Translations under genes and position numbers: made by a program
Notes under the pieces: generated by a model
What the model saw: the letters and a program-made list of their open reading frames with translations, nothing else
What the model was told of the DNA's origin: nothing
The model's database searches: none
In this document: positions 29,438 to 39,900 of the stretch, piece by piece
Position numbering within the stretch: the stretch's first letter is position 1
How the letters are laid out: every line of letters begins with the position of its first letter
Virus record (IMG/VR): IMGVR_UViG_3300035212_003113
Coordinates: 307,676-371,675 of that record
Length of the DNA stretch: 64,000 nt
Direction: 5' to 3' (one strand)

Positions 29438-29796
29438 AGCTGGATTCACTCTCGCTTGCTTTTGGTGGGCCAGCGGCAATATCGGCATTTATAGCGAAAT
29501 GCATGTTCCCATATAGGCTGCATTCAGAGGACATGTCTGCTGTCGTCTCAAAGGTACTGGATGAGCAAGGCTACATTCTGTATTCCCCGCGCTACTCTGT
29601 CTCTATATGGGATACTGCTTGGCCGCACCGGGTATGGATGTTTAGCAAAGATTATCAGGCATTTAATCGAGCAGAGGATGAGCCTACGTGCGGGCATTAT
29701 GTGCAGCCGATACTGCAGATATCTGCTCAGCGCAGCAGGGGAGAGTTACAGGCATCTGTAATAAAGCATGTGCTGAAGAGGCCGGTAGAAAAATGA
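29434..29796 (+). CDS. MKL-signature hypothetical protein
   Basis: MKLDSLSL; ATGA overlap. Confidence 0.6.
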   Translation: MKLDSLSLAFGGPAAISAFIAKCMFPYRLHSEDMSAVVSKVLDEQGYILYSPRYSVSIWDTAWPHRVWMFSKDYQAFNRAEDEPTCGHYVQPILQISAQRSRGELQASVIKHVLKRPVEK

Positions 29797-30032
29797 AAAC
29801 AGAGTCGTACATACTTCGATTCGGCGACGCGGCACAAATACGGGAACTTGCACGCGATACCCTTGATAACGCCGGAATAGTATGTGATGCAGAGGCAGAT
29901 GCTTTTGTAATTAAAGCCGGCTATGCTCAGCAAATGGCGGCTTCCGCAGGGTCTGCTTGTATGTCTGTGAAGATCATAAATAAAAAGTTGTACATCAGTG
30001 GCGAAGCTAACGGCCTAATGTTCACCATATGA
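29793..30032 (+). CDS. MK(T)-variant hypothetical protein
   Basis: MKTESYIL; ATGA overlap; start re-called from the ORF track. Confidence 0.55.
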   Translation: MKTESYILRFGDAAQIRELARDTLDNAGIVCDAEADAFVIKAGYAQQMAASAGSACMSVKIINKKLYISGEANGLMFTI

Positions 30033-30463
30033 AACTAGATACCTGGGCTTTTAATAATCTGAGTAGCCACGAGCTGCTACAATATCTATTTATCACAGGA
30101 TGTCCACCGCTAGATAAGAACGGTGTTGATGCCATCATATCACTACTAGACTCATTCTGTAGGCGGCGCTCTACAGCAGGAAAGCACCACAAGCTCCTTT
30201 GGGCAACTGTATCTCAAACAGGCGGTCGATATCTGCATTACTATTCATCAAGGATCTTCTCCAGGTATCCACGGTATACCGTCAAGTACCATGTATTATC
30301 CTCTCCTCCTCCGGCACCAGACTGGGTCCTGCTGCAATGGATTGATGGCAGCGGGTTCTCCCGTGAAGCGATGCGCAGGCTGAACATCTGCATCCGCCCG
30401 TCTGCGCTTAACGCCTCTGGGCATCCGATACCACGAAGGAGCAGCAAATATGAAGATGCATAA
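30029..30463 (+). CDS. MKL-signature hypothetical protein
   Basis: MKLDTWAF; ATGA overlap. Confidence 0.6.
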   Translation: MKLDTWAFNNLSSHELLQYLFITGCPPLDKNGVDAIISLLDSFCRRRSTAGKHHKLLWATVSQTGGRYLHYYSSRIFSRYPRYTVKYHVLSSPPPAPDWVLLQWIDGSGFSREAMRRLNICIRPSALNASGHPIPRRSSKYEDA

Positions 30464-30719
30464 TTGGATTTTTAAGAATGGTTCGGCCCTGGAGATCGCT
30501 CAAGAGTTGTCTCGCCTTACCCGTTACTCCCCTGAGCGCCTGGCCGAGGCCGCTGCATTTATCGCCTCCTTTCGCCCAAGCGACATTCGCTTTGCCCTTG
30601 GTTCAGCCGTATGGGCAGATGGAACCTTTACAGAAGTAGACTGTGAAGAGCCAGCGGCTCGCCTAGAGGTATGGATGTCTACAGAGTTTGGCGACCACAT
30701 GATTACAGTCGACATCTGA
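30450..30719 (+). CDS. MK(M)-variant hypothetical protein
   Basis: MKMHNWIF; AGGAG upstream. Confidence 0.6.
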   Translation: MKMHNWIFKNGSALEIAQELSRLTRYSPERLAEAAAFIASFRPSDIRFALGSAVWADGTFTEVDCEEPAARLEVWMSTEFGDHMITVDI

Positions 30720-30746
30720 TTATGGATAATGCAGCAATAGTTCGGG

Positions 30747-31037
30747 ATGAAACTGCTGCCATTTTCATACAAATTACATCCCGGACCAGAAACGCAAATA
30801 GGCTATTGCGGATACATGATGTTTATCCGCGCAACATCCACACTAGGAAAGCCTGTTGCATTTGCAGTTTATTATGACAACAATCTGTACGTCTGGCATG
30901 TTTCTCCACTCGCATATGGAGAGCTAGAGCTTCCGGACGCGTCGGATCTATGTGATGCGATCTACGCTGCCAGGAAAACAGAGATAGTTCTGCTGCTCGC
31001 AGAAGCAAGGTGCAAGAATGAAGCTAAGAACACTTGA
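30747..31037 (+). CDS. MKL-signature paralogue family member
   Basis: MKLLPFSY. Confidence 0.6.
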   Translation: MKLLPFSYKLHPGPETQIGYCGYMMFIRATSTLGKPVAFAVYYDNNLYVWHVSPLAYGELELPDASDLCDAIYAARKTEIVLLLAEARCKNEAKNT

Positions 31038-31296
31038 ATATCGGATCGAGTCACAGAAGGCTGGCGAGGTTGGCCTAACAGTAACAGCTTCTCATCCGGA
31101 TGGTGAGGTCCACCAGTTTCATGTATGCCCGGTCGGCAGCGGCCAGATTGGCTTTATTTCACGTGACATTATAACGCGGATGCGCGCCGGTGACTCTGCC
31201 GGGGCCAGGAGTCTATCAGATCTTTATCGCGCTATCTTTGCGGTTCATGCCTCTGGTATTGAAGCCGAGCCTAGTTATCGCTTTTCAGGTTTGTGA
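31018..31296 (+). CDS. MKL-signature paralogue family member
   Basis: MKLRTLEY...HPDGEVHQF. Confidence 0.65.
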   Translation: MKLRTLEYRIESQKAGEVGLTVTASHPDGEVHQFHVCPVGSGQIGFISRDIITRMRAGDSAGARSLSDLYRAIFAVHASGIEAEPSYRFSGL

Positions 31297-31297
31297 A

Positions 31298-31564
31298 GTG
31301 AAGCTGCGGGATTTTGAATATGAGATTGTGCTATCGCGTATTTACTCATGGTCATCTTATTCTACAACGGTGCACGCGGTACTGGTCCATCCTGACGGCG
31401 AAGAGCATCACATTTATTTCTATGAGCATGAGCCACCAGGCCCAGGTAAAGCCTTTTGGTCCGTAGGCGGCACGAATAATACTAATTATGCTGAGCTGCA
31501 GGAGATGCAGCGTTTTTATCATCGCATCTATGCTACCAGGCTTGCCGACATGTTGAAGAAATGA
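31298..31564 (+). CDS. MKL-signature paralogue family member
   Basis: GTG start, MKLRDFEY...HPDGEEHHIYF. Confidence 0.65.
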   Translation: MKLRDFEYEIVLSRIYSWSSYSTTVHAVLVHPDGEEHHIYFYEHEPPGPGKAFWSVGGTNNTNYAELQEMQRFYHRIYATRLADMLKK

Positions 31565-31851
31565 AGTTACAATACTTTGAATACGAGGTTCATGTTGTTG
31601 ATGACGCTGCAGCGCCGCCAGATCTCGCTTCGCGTTCTGCAATGACACTGCGAATAACACACCCGTCTGGAGAGAATCATATATTTTATATATATCCTAC
31701 GGGGTTAGGCTGGAATGACCCTGCAGTTTGGTCTCCGGATATCGTGCGACTATTACAGGAGTCGCGTACAGTAGAGGCAAGTTCGCTATATCATCTGCTC
31801 AAGACACTGGTCCGCTTGAACGCTAGAAAGATCCTAGGTGATCGCCAATGA
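31561..31851 (+). CDS. MKL-signature paralogue family member
   Basis: MKLQYFEY...HPSGENHIFY. Confidence 0.65.
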   Translation: MKLQYFEYEVHVVDDAAAPPDLASRSAMTLRITHPSGENHIFYIYPTGLGWNDPAVWSPDIVRLLQESRTVEASSLYHLLKTLVRLNARKILGDRQ

Positions 31852-32135
31852 AGCTAGAGGCACTTGAATACCGAATAACTGCAATAGAGTCGGTCGTTGC
31901 CGGAGTCGCAGAGATAACCGCACAACACTCCGAGCGGGAGCTGCAGTTTCAAATAATAACATATACTGAAAAGCCAATGGCTCTGTCGCATCACATACTC
32001 AGTGCCATTGAGGCAAATAACATGGCTCAGGTCCATGCCTTTTCCTCACTATTCCTTTCGATCTATTCTCTCAATAAAGAGCAGATCGATGGCTTCTTGC
32101 GGGAGAAATATGAAGCTAGAAAACTTCCAGTATAA
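31848..32135 (+). CDS. MKL-signature paralogue family member
   Basis: MKLEALEY. Confidence 0.65.
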   Translation: MKLEALEYRITAIESVVAGVAEITAQHSERELQFQIITYTEKPMALSHHILSAIEANNMAQVHAFSSLFLSIYSLNKEQIDGFLREKYEARKLPV

Positions 32136-32400
32136 GATTTATGCTGCCAGAGAAAACAACTACTACCGGATAAGAGCGATCTCCCCGAGCGCCTGCCACG
32201 ATTTTAATGTGCACCACTCGCTGACCCTTAAGTATACCGTAGTGGTTTCAGATGAGATATCTGCTCTGCTAGAAGATCGCTTTGCAGATGAGGCGATTGC
32301 CTTGCGTGCCAGACTCACTTCGCTTTTTATGACGCACCAGGCTGCAATAGATGCCGCTACGGAGCGCTGCGCTGAATTTGTAGAGGTGTATTGCCCATGA
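32110..32400 (+). CDS. MKL-signature paralogue family member
   Basis: MKLENFQY; ATG 32110 after GGGAG. Confidence 0.65.
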   Translation: MKLENFQYKIYAARENNYYRIRAISPSACHDFNVHHSLTLKYTVVVSDEISALLEDRFADEAIALRARLTSLFMTHQAAIDAATERCAEFVEVYCP

Positions 32401-32651
32401 AGCTAGCAGATATACCAAGAAAATATCCGGAGATATTTGTAGAGCTGCCGTTGCTGCAACAGGCTGCCGCCCTGGAGGAGTCTGGCTATATTGTAAAGCT
32501 GGATACCAGACTGACTGAATTCTCTATAAGTGAGTCGCAGCAGTATGAAGATATATATAGTTTTTCTGGATTTGCTGCTAGAGAGCTGCGGGCCGTGTCC
32601 CGCACAATTACCTATCGCGGCGGCGGGGTCACGCTGATAATCGACTGCTAG
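32397..32651 (+). CDS. MKL-signature hypothetical protein
   Basis: MKLADIPR; ATGA overlap. Confidence 0.55.
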   Translation: MKLADIPRKYPEIFVELPLLQQAAALEESGYIVKLDTRLTEFSISESQQYEDIYSFSGFAARELRAVSRTITYRGGGVTLIIDC

Positions 32652-33811
32652 CCGGTTCTTATGCCATCCAGCCAGTATTCTGTACTGCCATCGCTCCATA
32701 TGATAGCCGGTCCGCCTTCTCTATGAAGCACGCCGTGGCGGTGCCAGAACCGTGATCCGTCTTCCTGCATATAGGAGGGCGTATCGTTCCAGCTATGCAG
32801 TAGACCACGGTTATACCAGCATTTTGCACCACGGGCAGTTACTACTGCTGGGACAATTAACCCTCCTAGATCGCTATGCAGCAGCCCGCGCTCATCGAGC
32901 ACAATGCGCTTCGCACTGCTCCATGTCCATTCCCCAACACTGCGTATTCTTTTTGCCGCATAGCGCTCATGACGTAAGTGCTTGCGTAGCATGCTATGCA
33001 GCCCTTGTACGAGCACCGGATCTATACAAGTGTTATTTGTATAATCTTTAAACTGGCGCGAGCCGTATTCAAACTGATAGATGCCCCCAGTTCGACGGTT
33101 CATGAATACAAATAGCACAAAGCCGGCATCTGGATTATGGTACTTCTCGAAATAATTCTTCTCCATGCCACTGAGGGATGTGCACCAGAATGTGCCATTA
33201 CCCCAATACTTTGCCGCCTCGCTACTTAGAGGGACTACGATGTCCCATTCGGCCTCGTCTATCCATTCGCCGGTACGGTCTTCTCCACCAATCCACCCTG
33301 GCGGTCCTGCCGGGCCGCCTTTCACGTATTCGGTTTCCCGGCGCGCAGCTGCCTGCAGTGCTACCCAGCGTCCTTTTGCTCGCGCCTTTGCCTCAGCAGC
33401 ACCGGCTCGCCGCCATCCGCGGCTAATTGCTCCACGCAAACCGTTATAATCTAGCAGATGAATATTCCTGTCACCCGTGTCTAGCCAACGGTGTATTCTG
33501 TGATAAAGCTCGAGCAGGCGGGGCGCTTCTCTCATTCCACTGTACACTAGTTTTCCTGTCCATGACATGGTCGTTACAAGGCGCTTGCGTAGCCATATTA
33601 TGACTTCACCCATGAACTCGTCTGCAACGTCTGTGGGAAGCAGGCGGCATAGCATTGTAGCAAATTCTTCTCGCAGGTCTATATCACCTGGATCAGCGCC
33701 TATTAGCGCCCATACCTGCCCTCGCAGCCGCCGCCGCCAGCGCTCATCAAACAGATAGCGCAGCTCTTCGCCAGTGCGACTGTTCTCGGAAATACGGGTA
33801 CGCCAGTCCAT
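32648..33811 (-). CDS. hypothetical protein with a GTxWC domain and C-terminal LH(R/S)..GPA repeats
   Basis: VPLSSEAAKYWGNGTFWCTS; GLLHSD, GLLHSW, GVLHREGGPAIIWSDGSTEYWLDG. Confidence 0.65.
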   Translation of the reverse strand: MDWRTRISENSRTGEELRYLFDERWRRRLRGQVWALIGADPGDIDLREEFATMLCRLLPTDVADEFMGEVIIWLRKRLVTTMSWTGKLVYSGMREAPRLLELYHRIHRWLDTGDRNIHLLDYNGLRGAISRGWRRAGAAEAKARAKGRWVALQAAARRETEYVKGGPAGPPGWIGGEDRTGEWIDEAEWDIVVPLSSEAAKYWGNGTFWCTSLSGMEKNYFEKYHNPDAGFVLFVFMNRRTGGIYQFEYGSRQFKDYTNNTCIDPVLVQGLHSMLRKHLRHERYAAKRIRSVGEWTWSSAKRIVLDERGLLHSDLGGLIVPAVVTARGAKCWYNRGLLHSWNDTPSYMQEDGSRFWHRHGVLHREGGPAIIWSDGSTEYWLDGIRTG

Positions 33812-33900
33812 GCACTACACCTGTTTAATTAGATTGCACTGCATTGACTCTATTTTTAATATTACTGAGTGATGGAAACCCTGCTCAACAAGAGGAAAAG

Positions 33901-36900
33901 ATGCCAAAGAAGCCTTTTACACTGCCATTTATAACGCTTAGAGGAAAGTATTCTGACATGTCGCCTGTTGACAGTCAGCCAGGTCAATTTATACTGTACT
34001 TTAACAAAGAGGATGGCAAAATCCTTTTCAGCTCTGATGGAAATCCATATGAGCCACTGGACCAGAGCATTCGTGATGACATAGTAATTGATGCGGATGG
34101 CGTCCTTCTGGGGATTGGTACGCCTGGCGTAAAAGTTGATAACTCTAACATCACCATTGATCTAGGTGGCAGGATCCAGGGAATCGGAACACCGGGTATA
34201 AAAGTCAATAACGAAAAGGTATTCGAAGACCCCAGGTTCGTAGTTATAGAGCAGAAGGTTCTTGATCTTGAGCCCGCTGCAGATAATACAATAGAGCTAA
34301 AGGCTAGCAAGATATTTTTTAAGTACGACGGCGACAATCGCCCTGTTCCTGGGCAGCAGATCGAGATAGAATTCATTAAGGGTGCTGCGCTATCCGGAAC
34401 TCCGATTATCGAGATACTACCTAGCGATAAGGGCATTGATCTGCTCGAGGCTGAGCCCGGCAAGTATACTCTTTATGTATCAGAATTCAACAAGGCTCAG
34501 GCAGATAGCATCGACGTAAAGGCAACCTTTGCTAGCTCCTCAGGTGTTCTTACCGACTCGGTTACCATATACAAGGCCCGAGATGGCATGAATTCCCTTG
34601 TAGGCGGCTTAACAAATCCATTTGTTGCAGTACAGGTAAATGGCAGCGGCGTAGTAGATGGCAGCCTTCAAAGCATACTTAATTCTGCCGGAGGTGTATT
34701 TACCGTACTGAAAGGAACGGAAAATCTTACTGGCGACAGCAGTCGCATATCTTACTCAATAGAAAGCACTCCCGAGGCCTTTTTGGGCAGTGATGGCGAA
34801 CCAACCGTTGCCATCAGCAACAGTGGCGCTTACTCATTTACTGACTTTGATATCAATGAGCTCATAGGAGAACTAACCTTTGTTGCCACGGATCTGTTAA
34901 CAGGCCAGGAGCTGCGCTCAAAGTTTACAATGGTAGTGGTTCGGCAGGGCGAAGATGGCTTGCCAGGCGCTACTGGCGTTAGCTCAAGAACAGTAAAGCT
35001 TACTGCAGATGACTCCCAGATAGCTTATCGATCCGATGATCAGCTGCTTGATCCGGCTACAATTACTGTTCAGGCTGCGCAGCAGAATCATGATGGAACC
35101 GTATTTTATGAATTCATTGTTTCAGAAGGACTAAGTGGCACAGAAATAATTCTTTGTAATTCAACATCAGAGACAATCATCCTCACGGATGATTTAAAGA
35201 ATTATGGCTCGGGGCTTTCGTACACATTTATAGAAGCCAGTAAGACTGCATTTGGCAAGAGCAAGACGCTCAAGGTGCGCACACGAGAAGGCAGCGCTAC
35301 CGCTGCCGTTAAGGCCGAGGACGCTATAACGATAATCGCCACCAAGGATGGCAGCGACGCGCTTGAGGTTGTTTTTGAAAATAGCAATCATTCATTCGTA
35401 GCCAATGCCGCAGGTCTGGTGTCGGATTACGCCGGCGGCGGATCGATTGTAGAGGCATATATAGGCAATGAGCAGCTAAATGCCAAAGCCTCTGGTATCC
35501 CTGGAAACGGAGAATTCGTTGTCAGCATAAATACCCAGGTCGATATTACAAGTGGTCCACCGGCAGTGGACAGCGAGAATGCCAAGCGGATTATAATTGG
35601 CGACCCAACCGGCATGCCCAATGGCAAGGATACTGCAAGCGTCACTTATACTATAACCGGCAAAAGTTCTGCCGGGGTACAGAAGACGCAGAGCATAAAG
35701 GCCAGCTTTAGCAAGTCAAAGCAGGGCGTGACCGGTAGCAATGGCGTTGGAGCCAGGAGCGTAGAGCTGGTATCTAGCGCCTATCAGTTCAACTATGACA
35801 ATCTGAACCAGGTTTCTCCGGCTAGCTTTACACTAACCGCTACTGCTCGAGGAACTACCAGTACAAACATAAAGTACAAGTTTTACAAGGATGGCGTCGT
35901 ACTAGACAGCCCGTCACAGCCGCAGACATCAAATACACTTGGACCGATAAGCAGTGTGCCCAGTGCCAACTCTCTTGCTGGATACTCAGTAGAGCTTATT
36001 GAGGATGACGTAGTAAAGGCCACGGACTCCCTGTCTATTTATGGCACAAAAGACGGCAGTGACGGCATAACGCTAATTGTTCCAAATGATAACCACACGG
36101 TCACTACTGATGGCAATGGATCGCCTGCTACCCTCGCGGGCTCTGGCACAAAGATAAATCTTCTCATTGGAAGTCAACCGTTAACTGCAACGGCAAGCGC
36201 CACCTTGTTGCCCGGGAGATTCCGTGCATCACTGGCTGCGACCGGCATCGAGTTCCCAGATCCAGAAATAACTGTATTTGACACAAATACCTTGATACTT
36301 GGTGAAGCGACTGCTTTTGCTGCTGACGCCGGTATTGGCACCTTGACGGTCGAATTCATGCGGCCGAATGCTTCTGTATCCGAGACGATAACGCGCAACC
36401 TGTCGTACTCCAAGAGCAAGCAGGGCGCGCAAGGCCTGGCAGGCAGCAATGGCGTCGGCGCGCGCTCCGTAGAACTAGTGTCTAACTACTACCAGTTCAA
36501 CTACAATAGTAGCGACGAAGTATTCCCTGCAGAGTTTTTGCTTACTGCGACCCCGCGAGGGACAAGCAGCAGCGACATAAAATACAAATTTTACAAAGAC
36601 GGCGCTCTCATAACAAGCCCTACGCAGCCGCAAACATCGAACACACTAGGCCCAATTACCGAAGTGCCCGCATCTGACTCTGGTACCGGGTATTCGGTAG
36701 AGATGCTCGAAGACGGAGTAGTAAAGGCTACCGACTCTATATCGATATATGGTACCAAGGACGGCAGCGATGGAGTTACCCTTGTTGTTCCAAATGACAA
36801 CCATACGGTGACCACTGATAGCGATGGCGTTCCGAGTACGCTTGCATCTTCTGGAAGCATAATTCGTCTTTTGGTCGGGAGCTTGGCTTTAACAGCAACA

Positions 36901-39900
36901 ACTGCTTTAGAGTCACAGGCTGGTGAGTTCAGAGCATCTATAGTGCCCACTGGTATATCTTTCCCAGGCACAGCCATAACTCTTTCAAATTCAACAACAC
37001 TGCAGCTAGCAGATGCAACTGCATTCGGTTCAGATTCTGCATCAGCTGTTCTGACTGTAGAGTTTGTGCGCCCTGGCAATACAGTAAAAGAAACAATTAC
37101 AAGAAGCCTGTCCTATTCCAAGAGCAAGCGCGGCATCCAGGGCCTTACCGGAAGCACCGGCGTAGGTGCTCGCTCAGTAGAGCTGGTATCTAATTCTTAT
37201 CAGTTTAACTACAATGCTGCTAACCAGGCAAGTCCGTCCAACTTTAGCCTTTCTGCTACCGCACGAGGCACGACAAGTTCAAACGTAAAGTATAAGTTTT
37301 ACAAAGATGGGGTTGCCGTAACAAGTCCGCCTCAGCCCCAGATATCTGACACTCTGGGTCCGATCTCCGCGCTTCCTACAGTGAATGCAACGGTCGGATA
37401 CTCCGTAGAGCTGCTGGAAGATGATGTGGTAAAGGCTACGGATTCTATATCCGTCTATGGGACAAAAGACGGCAGTGATGCCATAACCCTTGTTGTTCCT
37501 AACGATAGCCATACTGTGACCACTGATAGCGCTGGCGCGCCACTGACGCTTGTTGGTTCGGGCTCTGCAATAAAGTTGCTGATTGGCAGCCAAGCCCTTG
37601 ATGCAGTTGTCGGCTCAAGCATTGCTGCCGGACAATTCAGGGTCTCTGGACTTACTCCTACCGGAATCACGTTTCATTCGACCGGGTCTCCGCCTATTTT
37701 CACAACGCTACTAGACTCAACCACCCTAAAGCTAAATGATGCTTCTGTCTTTGCCGCAGACTCTGCCACAGCAGTACTGGAGGTTTCTTTTATACGACCC
37801 GGCGGATCGGAGACCGAAACAATAATACGAAATCTATCATACTCCAAGAGCAAGCAGGGTGCAGATGGCGAGGATGCTGTCACGATAGAGATTCCCAATA
37901 CTAATCACACGTTCCCGGCGGACTCTGGCGGTGTGATATCGACCTCTGCTCCGGACAATTATCTTGATTCTGGAACAACCATACAGGCGCTAGTCGGCGG
38001 AACTCCTCTGGCATATGTTAGCAGTATTACTGCCGCAGGACAATTTACAGTGACCTCGTCAGTAAGCCCGGTTGGCGGCATAACTGTTCCAGCTCCAACT
38101 GGAACAGGCACACCGACCGCGACAATAGGAGCGCTTTCCGCTTTCTCCAGCTCTGTGGATGTGGCCACGGTAACGTACACGATAACACTGCGGCGCCAGG
38201 GCTCCTCTGTAGATGAAACATTTACAAGAGTAGGGACCTATACCAAGGCCAAGGGCGGTAGCAATGGCGTTGGGGCTCGCTCAATAGAGCTGGTATCCAA
38301 TGCTTACCAGTTTAACTATAACAGCAGCAATCAGTCTTCTCCGGCAAACTTTACTCTGACGGCAACGGCCAGAGGAACCACTGATGCAGTAGTAAAGTAC
38401 AAATTCTACAAGAATGGAGTGGTACTCACAAGCCCCGTACAGCCTCAGGATTCCGGTACACTGGGTCCGCTTACTGACTTGCCAGCAGCAAATGCACTAG
38501 TTGGTTATTCCGTTGAGCTCCTTGAGGGCGCCACGAGCGGAAGTCTTGCAGTCAAGGCAACCGACTCTGTATCGATATATGGCACAAGGGACGGCAGCGA
38601 TGGCGTAACACTGATTGTTCCTAATGATAATCACACCGTTACCACTGACAGCAATGGCGCACCAATAGCTCTCACTGGATCAGGCTCCGCTATACAGCTC
38701 ATAGTCGGAAGCCAGGGCTTGCTTGCTACGACCGGTACGCTGTCAGCGGGCAGGTTCAAGGCTTCTATTTCTGGCGCAACCGGGATTACATTCGCAGCAT
38801 CTCCGATGAGTGTTTCGGGTGCAGATGCTACTGGAAAAACGCTGCTGCTTGCGGATGCCACTGCTTTCTCGGGCGACTCTGGCACGGCCACGCTTACTGT
38901 CGAGTTTATCAGATCAGGAGGCTCAGCCACTGAATCCGTTGTTCGTACGCTGTCATACTCAAAGAGCCGGCAGGGCGCTACAGGTGCTACAGGTGCTGCC
39001 GGCGCTACAGGCGCAACAGGCGCTACAGGTGCTGTCGGCGCAACAGGCGCCACCGGTGCGCAAGGCATACAGGGGCCTGATGGGCCCGAGGGTGGAAATC
39101 CCGAAGACATCGGCTTCTTCTCCTCGATATACATAAAAGACGGAGTCAAATACCCATGGGGTTGGGGCAGAACCAGTAGTATTAGCTCTACCGTGCAAAC
39201 CGTGCTGAATAGCGGCACCAGCGCACCTATCGAAGAGGCGCTGGTGTATGACCCAGACCTAGTGAGCTCTGTACAGGGCAGTACGCTTTCAACAAAAGGC
39301 GGATATGTCTTCCTGCCGCAAAACGGCCTATCGGTCAGCACAAGCGCATTTTGCTATAGCAGACCAATACCAATAGATACCGATTACAGATCCAAGTTAA
39401 GATTTCAACTGGCCAGGGAATCCGCAACAGGCTATGGCACAGTAACTATCGGTGCTTTCTTTCTTGGCTCAAATTTACAAAAACTTGTGGCTAGCGATGG
39501 CAACACCCTGCATGTCCGAGCAGTCTATGCAAATGATCAATCGCTAATAACAACGAGCCTGCGAACAGTTACATTCAACTTTTCTCCAAGTGCCACGGCT
39601 GCCGTGAGTTACTCGCCTGCCGGGCAAGGAACCAAGTCTGACAATCTGACGCCCATCAACGGTGCTCTCTATAGCGACATAAGCAACATATCTGTTCCAA
39701 CAGATGCCAGATATGCCGTGCCATTTATACACATAGCGGGCGCAACGAACAGCAGACTGACCGTGGCCACTGCCAGGTGGTGGGCCTTTAATCCAGCTCA
39801 AGTGGTGAACGGCGAATCAATAGTTATTTCTACCTCGGATTACTCAGATATCTTCGCCCGCCCCGAAAGACTTTTCGTAATTGGAAGTACGGCGGTAGCG

